From assembly GCA_965649825.1 (NCBI GenBank), contig OZ287713.1, positions 118,644-182,643 on the forward strand: a stretch of 64,000 nucleotides of DNA, written 5' to 3'. Of the stretch, positions 12,968 through 29,552 are shown piece after piece. This DNA comes from Penicillus capitatus. Its lineage: Eukaryota; Plantae; Chlorophyta. The notes below the pieces were generated by a model. The model saw only the letters and a program-made list of their open reading frames with translations, was not told the origin of the DNA and made no database searches. The translations under genes and the position numbers were made by a program. Position 1 is the first letter of the stretch; each line of letters begins with the position of its first letter.

Positions 12968-14038
12968 AATGAGAACTGGAAAGGATGCGTGGGGGATGAC
13001 ATGAATTTACAAACAATAGTGAAAGAACAAACCAAATGTACAGAGACAAAGATGCATCAAAGTATATTAAACACCAAGTCTTAGAATGACCCTATGTGCA
13101 CAATCGATGACCGCACGCACGATTCGACGTAAATGCGTGAGATGAATGGTGATGCTTTTGACGAGGCCGCTCCGGAACTTGCGTTATGGCAGGACCTGGA
13201 TGAGAAATGGGAATGCTTCAAAGGCCAAACCGGCCCTCAAATCGATGACACAGTTTGAAAGTTCACTACATAGCACCGCTCGATACTATCAGAAGCACAG
13301 TCGAGTGGCGAAAAGAAATCCATTGGCATTTGACAGGTCCACTTCAGGGGAAACTGTTCAGCAGATGGCAAGCAAACCTTATCATCGCTGCACCTGACAG
13401 TGGGTATGCAGATGGTGTGCGCGGTAACTGAATGATAGAGATCTGTCATGAGAGTGTGTGTGCATGGCGCAAAGGAATGCATCTGCAAAGAAATCTGCGC
13501 ATTCTGAAAACTCGTTTGAGTAGGATCCCATCGAGATTGAGTATTTCAGCTATGTCTTTGAAAAGCACACTTGTGTAATCATGACTTATCAAGCAGTTCG
13601 AAGACTGAATACAAGAGCGAGATCTTGTGCGAAACAGACAGGCTCCCTCATTACACAATGTGAGATCCCGGTTTTCCGTTTCAGATGGAGACGGGCTCCA
13701 CCCTTAACGACGGTTAACAGTCAGTGCAGTGCATTGGATGTCCATATGCCGATTTCTTCATAAGATCCTTCGAGTGTGAACGCATCGGTGCTGCACCCAT
13801 CCAATAAGGGCGATGTGCATTTCCCTTATCGCCCTTCACTGACCGACACATTTGCGAGATCCAACACGAGGGGAATAGTCCGAGAGTTCTAGTACCGCGT
13901 TGCATGTCTACAAGAGGTGCTGCTGCAGAGTCATGAGGTGTTTGATGGAATCAGTAATGCGTTGCATTATGCGATGCCCAGATGATCATCTAGAGCGGCA
14001 CGCTGGCGGACTTAATCGTTCTCGTACGCAACATCACC

Positions 14039-17530
<3,492 letters not shown>

Positions 17531-17561
17531 CGGTTACATCTCATTCATAGATTCTGCAATA

Positions 17562-17566
17562 TGTAA
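17562..17566 (+). terminator. Candidate green-algal polyadenylation signal TGTAA downstream of ECA
   Basis: TGTAA about 30 nt after the TGA stop. UGUAA is the established chlorophyte poly(A) signal. Confidence 0.4.
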
Positions 17567-19952
17567 AAAGACTTCCATTAGCATCTCTCGCGCGTGTGAT
17601 GTCGCACAGATTATGTTTGAATGTTTTCAAGGGTGATCTCTTTCGGTTAGACGGCAGTCGGCATAGGTTAGAAAGGGCCATTGGTAGAAATCCTCATGTT
17701 CTCCGTTTAAGAGAGTGAATGACGGCGATTCCCCCGGAATAAGACGATGCTGGGCGTTGCGTACAGCAATTTCTTCTACCAAAAGGTCCTCAAGGGCAAT
17801 CAAGAAGTCAGATCGCTAGCCTGAAGTCATCTCGAAATGTCGATTGTGACGCCATTGGCATTGATGATGATTTTACTCCGTTAAGTATTATCATTACACG
17901 TCAGCGGAATCGGTAATTGTAAGAAGTTAGTACACCGGCAGCTAGAGAGCAACCATCGCAACTGTTGACGATCCTGTCGGCAAGATAGTGATGGGACGGC
18001 GTCATCCTGGAGTCATGATGGATCGGAGGGGGGGTAAATCAATTGAGGGGACTGTCTGGCTGGCGATGGGTGCACGCCGCCAAGGGGCACTCAGGGTCTT
18101 GTCAGCGAAGGTTCCAGGTGCAGGGGGGGTCTTGGTTCTCTGGTTCTGGGCGATGGATGAGTCACCAGTTTCGCGGGTCACATCGGTCGAATGGTTTAAA
18201 TGGGGGAAGAACGTTTGGAATAGGAGCTTGGTTTTCTGTAAGCAAGTTTACAGTTTGGGTATCAGACTTCGGTCAGCCTGGCAGACGACGACGAACACTC
18301 CTCGGTGTCTCACGCGACCGTTCCATATCCACCGTTGTACAGGAATCCGCCTTTCCTAGCGGCGCTCGGTTTCTTTCGCGAAGGGGAGCGCCAGAGCATC
18401 GACGCCACCGACCTATTCCAGCGGGGCGCCGACCAGGTGGTTCATAACGCCGAGCTGTGCGATTCTCGGCGTAGCTCAGTTCAAGAAGACCGACAAGGGC
18501 TCGTGGGAGAGGCCGGCCCGTCCAGTCAACTAGAAGAGGGAGGGAACCAGGCACCCTCTCAACCAGACAGCGGCGCTTCAAGAAGTTCTACACGGCAAAG
18601 CCGACAGATCCAATAACTAAAGGGCTCAAAGCCAACGAGAGCGAATGGTGGATAGCCTTCATGGAACATCCAAATAACCATCTGATAGTTGCATGCGAAC
18701 TCGCGATACATTTCCTGACAGTTAGAAGCTGCAGTTACGATTTCCTAACCACCCCAAGTATTAAAGCCTAGTAAATATTTCGCGTTATTCTGTCGTATTT
18801 GCTTGCGTTTCTCCGCCGTTGTTGGTAACGAGTTCGATTTCACACTTTCTTCTTTTTGTTACGAGATTCCACAAAACCGTCTTACTCATTTTCTTCGTTA
18901 CTTGTAGATTGTCAACAAAACACGCATGGAATACAAATAGTGTCGCGCTCTCGTGTGGGTGTCACACCGTCTGCCTCGTTTTCTCGGGGTTTCATCCCAG
19001 GGGCCGCTTACTAAGGATTACCGACTGTCAGAGGTGTTTTCTCTGGTTCTAAGAGTTGAATTGCTCACGTGTCTTGTGAAGTCTTGTCACATCAAGCACA
19101 TAAATCTGTAAAACCGAACCGTTAGACATCTTTTTCTGTAGACTCGAAAAGTCTTACGCTGCATACCTCTCTCTCCCGCGGGACAAATAGCATGTGGTTT
19201 TTCATCCATTGCGTCACGACGTACATTTCTTTCCACTGGCACTACGCTGGTATCATCCGACTAGAGGGTGTTTTAGAATTTCCGCGATAAGCTGCCGTTT
19301 AAGCCAAACTACAAAGAAGATGCTTATTGAGCAGCCATCGCCGGTAAAAAGTGCCTTAGGGTGTATCAAGGACGAAACTACATGTTTCGAACGAGCATTG
19401 ACGTCATCATAACGTTATGCAAAAAGAAGCGTTATAAAAGGGGGGTTTGTTTCGAACTGCTGTTTATCTGTAAGGAAAAGTCTGTTCAGTTTTTTCACAT
19501 TTGCTCGTGTCACTATCCTTCAGAATTGTTGGAAATGACATATTTCGAAAAGCAAGTAACGAACAGCGATGCGTGTGGATCATCACAAGTTTCTCTTAGT
19601 GCAAAAATGAGAACTCTAACGGACATTCTAAACTCAGCAGAGGACACGTGGTAGTTTCGCTGTCATACCATCAATACCTACGTATGCAAACTCTTGTTGT
19701 AGTCATCTTTGCCTTGCTGTCTTTGTCGTCCATTCTGATTTTCTTCGACTCTACAGGGCAATGAGCATTAGGTTCGTTACATGCTTTACAATAAGCGCAT
19801 TCCAATGAGACGAAATTGCGTCTACAGACTCAAGAAAGCAATGTAGAGTAAGCGGGCTATCAGCTGACACATACTTGTTATTTTCAAAGAACATTAGTTC
19901 CTTCACACGTTGGACAACACACTATCAACTGCATCAATAAAAATCTACAAAA

Positions 19953-20512
19953 ATGGTAACCGCAAAGCAGTGCTCACGAGAAACAGGTCGACGAAGGACG
20001 CACAACGAGCGTCTTTCTTCGACGTCTCTACAGAGTAGTCGGAATCGACTGTCGCGGTTCTACCTCGATGATCAGGTCAATTGGGTTCTAAAAGCTTTGA
20101 GGAGACGAATAACATAGCTCCTCGACAGAAACAACAGCTGCTGTTACGATGGCGGACTCTGTGCCATCCTTAAGGTATGTAGAACACGCTTGCTTTGGTT
20201 TTCTCGACAAGGATCTTCTCAGAGTCTTCGTCTGCAAAAGCACTCGTCAAGGAACGATTCGAAACTGATGCAGCCTTCTAACCAAACGCGCACTCACTTA
20301 AAGAACTCAGACTTCATCTAGGCACCCAATGCCATCGACTGCCACGAACACTCTCTATCGGTAAACTAGGTGCGCGTAAGAAGCTACTGGTAAAGCTGCT
20401 GCGGTTGTCAGGAGAGGATAAAGAGAACAGCGTCACATCTCAGCGTCCATCTGACAGAATGACACGGATGCTTCCTATCCTTAAAGAAGGATACGTGCCT
20501 CTTCAAGCGTAA
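19953..20512 (+). CDS. Possible multi-exon hypothetical protein or decayed gene
   Basis: ATG at 19953 with GT-AG-bounded segments of ~40 nt. A final open stretch GARKKLLVKLLRL...GYVPLQA* follows, but I could not join the middle cleanly. Confidence 0.2.
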
Positions 20513-20829
20513 ACGTAATATAAGAAACACATGGAGTCCATCGCAGCGCGTTTTCGCATCGAAAGAGTCCACCCTGTTTCTCCTGATTGTGTTTTAGAGA
20601 TGCACACAATTGATGCATTGTACTTTAGATCAGTGCTCATACAGAATTGGTCAAGTACCAGTAAAACAGGAGAAACTGCTATCACCATCCGTTTTGTTAC
20701 ATAAACCAGACAGATCCAACAGGTAACGTGCAAAATCATTGCATCAGAGCCATCGTGAGTCGACACCTAAAGCACCGAAGCGCCTCTTATGAACCACAGA
20801 CTCTGACGATGCACACAATCTGAGGACGC

Positions 20830-21630
20830 TTAATCGAAAGCCCATTGATTCTCCCGGCGAACTTCCTCCTCCTCTTCTGGTGTAAAATCATTCTAGACGA
20901 CAAACACCGACCGCTCTAAGATGCCAACCACTCCACATACATCTCATATACCTTGATGTTGAATGTCCTGCGGATTTCTTCCGGCGACTTGCCTGCGTCC
21001 ATTATCCATATGTGAGAAAACATGAGAGGCGGAGAATCATTTACCCTTGATCAGATAGGCGACGGTCTGACAGCAGAGATCCAGTAGTGGTGCGATGTTT
21101 AAGTAGTTGGCCGCCTGTCACACAGTTCTCACACTTTTGAACCCCACAGCATCCCATGCTTACCAAAATGAGATCATACAGAGTACTCTGATCGACACGC
21201 ATGTACTCGTTGTCGAAGCTCTTGATTTCCTCATCGCTTTTTCGTGGTTTGTCATCATCGTCCTTTGTCTCGGCCTCGACATGGAACGTGCAGTACTCGA
21301 GAACCTTGGACAGAACGTTGCCTGCATCCAGAATGCACCCTTATGTCCCGTGCCCTAGATGCAGGGTGGATATTCACCTTTAACGTTACACAGAGGCACA
21401 CTCTGGTTCTCAACGTCCTCGATGTCTACACAACGACTCACGTTAGGCATCCATCTTTACACCTCGGAGATGGCTGACCGTTCAGCATCTTCGCTATCAT
21501 TTCGCTCTGGACGGCGACTTCTCGGGGAACTTCGAAAGTAGTCTGGTCGGAAGAGACCAACGTAATCGTCTGCACAAAAACGCTCTGCGCAAAGCGAGGG
21601 CGACAAGCGGCTTGCCGTTTTGTCTTCCAT
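20830..21630 (-). CDS. SKP1: SKP1 (SCF ubiquitin ligase subunit); 7 exons
   Basis: [96 protein letters not shown]. Confidence 0.98.
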
Positions 21631-21785
21631 GTTCGTCGGCCTTGACGATAAAGATGAATGCGACAACGACAAGAACACAGAAAACTCGACAAAGTTGACA
21701 GTGCGGCGATTTATAATGCCGCGTCAAAATGCATGATGAGTTTCGTGGACGTCGGATTTGACAGTGAAGCTGGAAGGAAGAGCGA

Positions 21786-22550
21786 ATGAAGGAGACGATG
21801 CCATTAGTTGCGAAGTATCGTCCTCGGTCCCTCGACCATCGCGTCGCGTGTTCGGAAGTCGTCGAAACACATCCTCCATCAATTTCATTCCTATCCATCT
21901 CACATCAGCGGTCGGCTGTTCGGCGAAGCGTCCAAGGAAGCAAAGCTTCTTTCCGCATCTGTTGCTTTTCGGTCGATGTGGAACGGGAAAGACTTTAGTG
22001 AGACTGAGGGTGGCCCGATCACTCCATGGATCTCACCAAAGTCGCCCTTCTGTCTCATCAGAGAGCGACTGTATGAGATGTTGTGCAAAGAAAATGGTGT
22101 TGGAATTGACTGATCCGGACGATCGAGAGATCTACGTCGTGTAGGAAACCATCAAAGAACGCTCCGATCGTAATGCTCTTCTTTCTCTAGGGTAGACTGG
22201 ACGCTGCACGATTCTCACCCTTTCACAAACCGGTTCTCAGGCCAGAGATGTCATTCAAGTTGATTGTGCTCGATAAATGTCACACAAATGACGGGAGATG
22301 CTCAGGTGCCGCTAAGAGAAGGTAGGGTAAGAGGTGTGAAGCAGAAGAGCGATGAGTGAGAACGGCGTCAGTGATGGAATGGCGGTATAGCATGTCAGAT
22401 TCCGTCGGATGTGTAATCATCCAAGCCAGTTGCTTCCAGCCATTTGTTCTCGTTGCGTGCAGCTGCGCCCCCTCCTCAGATCCAGATTTCATCAAATCAC
22501 GTCTCCGTCTGATTCCGTCGAAGCGAGAGAGTATATAATAGACAAAAATA
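21786..22550 (+). pseudogene. Replication factor C small subunit (RFC5/RFC3-like) pseudogene, truncated
   Basis: VAKYRPRSLD, PHLLLFGRCGTGKT, MVLELTDPDDREIYVV*ETIKE (TAG at 22142), FKLIVLD-frameshift-MTGDAQ..LR, VME-frameshift-RFRRMCNHPSQLLPAICSRC. All are collinear with RFC boxes, but the sequence ends before the CruP 3' end. Confidence 0.85.
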
Positions 22551-22602
22551 AGACTTCATTTGTTCATTGTACAAGAGCCGAACGAACGAACATCCGCTAC
22601 AT

Positions 22603-24506
22603 TTAAGGATCATAGTCTGCACCACTGCCATACTGTAAAGCATCGGCATAACGCTGCAGTTTGTACATATCCCGTGGAGGTAACGATGCCGCCACTGTCC
22701 TCATCAGGCCGACGAAGGGAGTGCCCAGTTCATAGACACCAAGTCTAAAGAAATGCGGAAGCCAATCGACCAGAGTCTTCACATCGAGGGCCTGTAACGC
22801 AATGATCAAGAATCCAGGATTGACGATCACTTGCAGCGACAGCATCAAAAACAGGGGACGAAATTTGGCAACATCCTGCAAAAAGGGCTTCATGACAGAA
22901 GGCCCCAGCAGTTGCATGATCTTGAAATTGGCAGAGAGTATGTCGTTGATTAGCTGAGGTGGCGTATCCTGTCGTGCCGACATGACCTTCTGAAAGAGCA
23001 GTGTGGTGCCCAGGCCTGGATTGTAGGGATTGATGAGACTCAGAGATTCCTTGTCGACGACATTCGCGTTGAGTGCAGCAGAGATGGCTTCGGTGTGGCG
23101 TTCAAGATGACGCAGCATAGCACCGAATCCTCCGAACGACAGCGGCGACTGCAAACCTCCGGCATCGCCAACATGAACGATCCGATCGAAGCGAGGACGC
23201 AAGGGACTGTCTTTGTAGGTGGGAAAGAAGCCAAACAGTGCGCGCTTGAATTCGAGCTCGTCCAGTTGGACACCTTGATAGGACGGCATCAGATCCCAAT
23301 AGTCTTCGAACATGTCTTCCAGCGACGGCCGTTCAGGTGTCGCATCGAGGTAGGCAAACATATAAGTCGTGCGATCCTGTGGCCCTGTTCCAGCTGGAAA
23401 CGCCTCCCAGAAGTACTGAACCCGATTTCCGGAGCTTCTGTTCTCCGTAATCGGCCCGTTCGTCAAGATGAGATCGGAGTAGTCGTTTTCAGCAAAACCT
23501 CGAGCGCAGGTTCCGACCACCAGACAGACACCGTCGGGTTGCTGCCCGTGGCGACTCTGGCGAACGATTGGGCTGAAATGACCCATACAGTCCAACACTA
23601 GTCTCCCCGTGAGCGATGACGTTTCATCTCCTGCTCCATCTTTTCTGCCGAAATGCAGCTGGACGCCATTGTTGTGCAATTCCACACCGTTGATCGCCTT
23701 TCCTTCATACAACGTCCCGCCAGCTTCTTGAAACCTAGTGCGGCACTGAGCTGGTCGTTTAGTCATCTCACACCGGTCAGATCAGAAAGTGTGAGACCTG
23801 TTGAATGAGGCGTCGGGGAGAGACACCAATGTTGAGCACATCCTTCGTCCACACTTCTGCCCCCTTGTAAAATCCAACACGCACTCGGTCCCATTCCGAA
23901 TAAATGCACGACTCTAGTTCGTCTGCCGTGGCAATTTCTGCCTATGCACTACCTCTTCAGGCTATCGGATTTCTCACACAAATATCACACCTTCTGCAGT
24001 TGCTTCAGTTCATTACGGCTGACGTTCCATTCCTGTTCACGTCCTTGTAGTCGACCGCGTTCCACAACGGCAACACGAAACCCCTTTCGTTGCAAAGCGC
24101 AGGCGAGGAAAATTCCGAGCGTCCCGCCGCAGACGACAGCATCATACTGCACGAATTTCAAGGCTCCGAACGTCTCCGTCACAAAAGACGGCGGATGATC
24201 CGCCACCTGACGACCAGAGATTCAAAAACTCGGTAGAGAGGCTCCGGGTCTTGCTTCTCCTCGTTGCATGCGACCCCATAAAGCATCCGCACGTTGAAGG
24301 GCGTCATAGGTCGTCTGGCCACCGGCGCCACCCGCTTCATCGGTCGTGACGCATTGTTGAAAGAGACGTGCTGTGCGACGCAGACGTTCTGGAGCAGATG
24401 TCGCGGTGTCGTTTATGACACAGCGCACGGGCCGTCGGTATGCAGAAGCAGTTGACGAACGTGTCGATCGCGGACGCGACAATCTTATCCTCAATGTCTG
24501 CACCAT
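22603..24506 (-). CDS. cruP: CruP/CruA-family FAD-dependent lycopene-cyclase-like protein, plastid-targeted
   Basis: GAGGQTTYDAL.R.D..W, YDAVVCGGTLGIFLA (FAD binding), GREQEWNVSR, DCMGHFSPI, YFWEAFPAG, VGDAGGLQSPLSFGGFG, YGSGADY. Confidence 0.9.
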
Positions 24507-24720
24507 GGCGTGCTCACTGTCTGCTCGACAGAATGACAGTGCGTTTCATAAAGAGGAAAATGGAAAATGAAGGTTGCAAATGCCCGACTGTCTTTACGCC
24601 TCTGGTCTGATGACAATGAAAAGACAAGACGGCTCAAGTCCTGTCATACGATAGAGGGGAATCGAGACGATGTCGTACATGGCAGGAGTCGCAGTCAAAT
24701 ACATTGCATGATTGTTCCAA

Positions 24721-26044
24721 ATGGGTCGGGATGGACATCGTAAACGTCACCGTGCTGAAAAGAAAGCTCAGAAGATTCTGAAGAAGCTCAGAAAGAATGC
24801 AGAGAAAACGATAGACAAGACGGAAAACGAGGCAGTGGAACCTCCACGTCGCGTCTATGGACCGGCACGGCCTCCTGAATCCAACCCTCCCAAACCGACA
24901 GCCATTGGCCCCGAACTCCCAGATTTCTTGAAGAACCGTATACAGGAAGAAGAGGAGGAAGACCCAGTGGTGGAAGACCAGCCCGTCGTTGGGCCGGAGC
25001 TTCCGGAGAATTGGAAAGAGGAATCTTTTGAGCGAGAGGGACAGAGTAACGATGGCGAAGTTGAGAGAATCATAGCAGTGCTCAGCCAGGAGCGTTCTTT
25101 TGTCGATCCTTATGCAATTCTCGGCCTGGATCCATCATCTGCCAGTTCTCCCGTTTGCTGCATGGAGATCATGGCTCATCTGTTCTGCCTTAGATGACGC
25201 CTCTGTCAAGAAAGCATACTGGAAGTGCTCTTTGGCTGTCCATCCAGATAAGAGCACCCATCCCTCTGCACAAAAAGTCAGACGACGACAGTAAGAGTGA
25301 GATTTCTAAAGAAAAGGTGTGACATTAGGCATTCCAAGCGCTGCATGAGGCATGGAAAGAAGTCAAGGATGCCACAAGCAGACAGCGTGTTGAGGAAAAG
25401 AAGCGAGAGGCAACAGCAAAGCGTGAGGCTGAAGCAGAAGCGAAGAAAGAGCTACGGCAGCGAGCGTGGGACCATGTCCGACACTCAGGTATGCATGTCA
25501 GATTCTCTGCTGTTTGCTTATGGGGGGCAGCAGATGGTACAAAACGCGTGCAAGAAGTTCAGGGAAGACAAGAGTGGATGACAGAACTGCCACAACTCAG
25601 ACGAATGCCACGCGTGATGAAACAGGCGCATCAGACATCGTTTTCAAGGAAAGAATACACAGATGTCACATCAGGTGCATCGAAGAGCTGGATGCAGAAG
25701 CCAGAGCAGCGTTCGGAAGATCCCATCGGACCTTCTCTCTGTGCATCTGCTTCACCTCCTCGACCTAAAACGGCCCGAAAAGGAGTTTCTCTGATGGAAC
25801 AGCATCAGGCTAAGATAACACAACAGCAGCGATCGGCGAGCACATCCAAGAAAAAACAGCAAGGTGAGTAGCCCGACATTCCATTTCTGATGCACGCCAG
25901 ACACCGTGCATCGTTCCAGGGACGCCTTCGTTTCAGTATCGTCCGTTCGATCGCGAACGAGACCTAGAAGGGAAGGGGTATTCGGGAAGTGCACTTGGAA
26001 GTATGATGAAAGGACTCGGTTCGTTGGGCGATCGTTTTCGATGA
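24721..26044 (+). CDS. J-domain protein with GPxxPP repeats and C-terminal DUF3752-like region (GPALPP1-like)
   Basis: GPARPP, GPELP x2; DPYAILGL...VKKAYWKCSLAVHPDK (J domain with HPD); RQEWMTELP, SLMEQH, WRPFDRERDL, LGSLGDRF. Confidence 0.85.
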
Positions 26045-26126
26045 TCTGACTTTTCGGTTGCTTGGATTCGCATCGAAACCGTTGTCGTGCGTCCTCGTCG
26101 TTCCGTTTGCGCTGTAGAGTACGACG

Positions 26127-28068
<1,942 letters not shown>

Positions 28069-28269
28069 ATTTCTCCGTGTTATGCGACGTCTGAGGTCAC
28101 ACTCTCGGTCAGAGTTTTGAGTGTCACGGTCATTTCTTTTCGGCATCGATGAAAAGGGCTTTGGAATCGAATCGATGATAGCTGTGGACGAATGCTTGTT
28201 TAGCCTTGTCTGTGGACATGCCTTTCTGTTCATTTCATGCATCTCACCGCGATCGGCCGTCGAATTCGA

Positions 28270-29300
28270 TGCCTCCCTTTTCAGTCCACATGGGACGCTC
28301 CGTACCGTGCAGCCACACGAGGCCGGAGGAGATTCTGGTCGGATTGTGGATATTTATCTCGTAAGGTCACTCTTTTTGTTCTCCGCTCAGTGAAGTGACC
28401 TGAGGCGAGGGGAGATTGGGAAAAGGCCATTGCGTCTGCCGAAACGCATGCGAGAACGAAGTTGCCGCTGATCTATTATGCGTTAGGCCAGAAGCACGAT
28501 CTCGAAGGCAACGACCAAGCGGCCATTCACGCATACGAGAGAGCTCGTGTGCAAATCGACGAGATTCCGCGATGTTGCTCAGCGTCGGCAAGAGATCGGA
28601 GCTTGACTCGTACGTTCGCCAAGCCGGTCGGTCTAACGACACCGTAGCTTTAATGACGAACCCGACTTCTCCGTCTCTGCAGATCACCGTGAGCTGTGAA
28701 TATGGTGGGGACGGTATTGCGCCCATATGGGGTGCATTGACGAGGCGCTTGCCGCCTTTCCGACGGCAGACATCGTTCTTTCGGCGACAAAACTCTATCG
28801 GTATCATGTAGCGAGTCAGCCAAAGATGCAAAGCCGCTTCTCGCTTCTGGTGCAGGGGCTCTCGGAACACCCTTAATAACGATCGCACACGAAAAAGCAG
28901 ACAAGGCATCCTTGTTCTACCTCGCACGGCAATACGCATCACTGGGACACATAGACATGGCCATAGAACTGTTCACAGAAGCGGGATTCGTTGACAACGC
29001 GTTCGACAATCTGTTACGACACTTAAAGATGGAGGCGACGCATATTGAGACATCTGGTCATGACAAACGCACGAGACAATGCGTTGTACGCACTCATGTC
29101 TCAGACTAAAGATGCCGACTACGGGACCATCGACCCTTACCTTCTGAGACATTAGACTTGAGCGAAAACGTAGATCTCTGAGAAAATCATATGGTTCTAT
29201 ATGCTGGCCGATGCGCAACCACCTTTAGCGAGATTTCACGCAACGCAGGCGGCAAACAGAATCAGATGGTTACAGGTAACAAACCATACACCGTTGCTTA
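28270..29300 (+). pseudogene. IFT140: IFT140 (IFT-A complex, TPR region) pseudogene fragment
   Basis: GDWEKAIASAETHARTKLPLIYYALGQKHDLEGNDQAAIHAYERAR...EIPR-frameshift-MLL...ELDSYV; L*IWWGRYC (TGA at 28697); ASLFYLARQYASLG...AIELFTEAG. Collinear with IFT140 (EVPRML...LELYV, LWRWWAQYLES, ASYHLARQYES) as I recall it. Confidence 0.8.
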
Positions 29301-29552
29301 TCTGTATCACAGATACTCTTGCGTGATGATCTCAAGAGACGACAAGAGAGAACTGACTGAAGTAAACACAAATGCGATGTATTGGCTAAAGCCCATTTTG
29401 AAGATCCGTGATTCAGATGCATCTGATTCCACAACTGCCAATGGCTGTCTGTTTACATCCGTGTTAGACAGAGAGAACATCAATGCTGCTGCTCTGACGT
29501 CGGTCCAGTTGATAGCCTCTTGACTTGGGTATGTGCACTATCCTTTATCAAT

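Noticed and set aside
18180-18620. TAA/TAG-to-Gln reassignment (as in some ulvophytes), suggested by a frame that reads plausibly through three TAR codons
   Set aside because: Conserved genes end at TAA or TAG where homologs end (SKP1, CruP, rhomboid, thymidylate kinase), and long conserved exons contain no in-frame TAR. The standard code applies.
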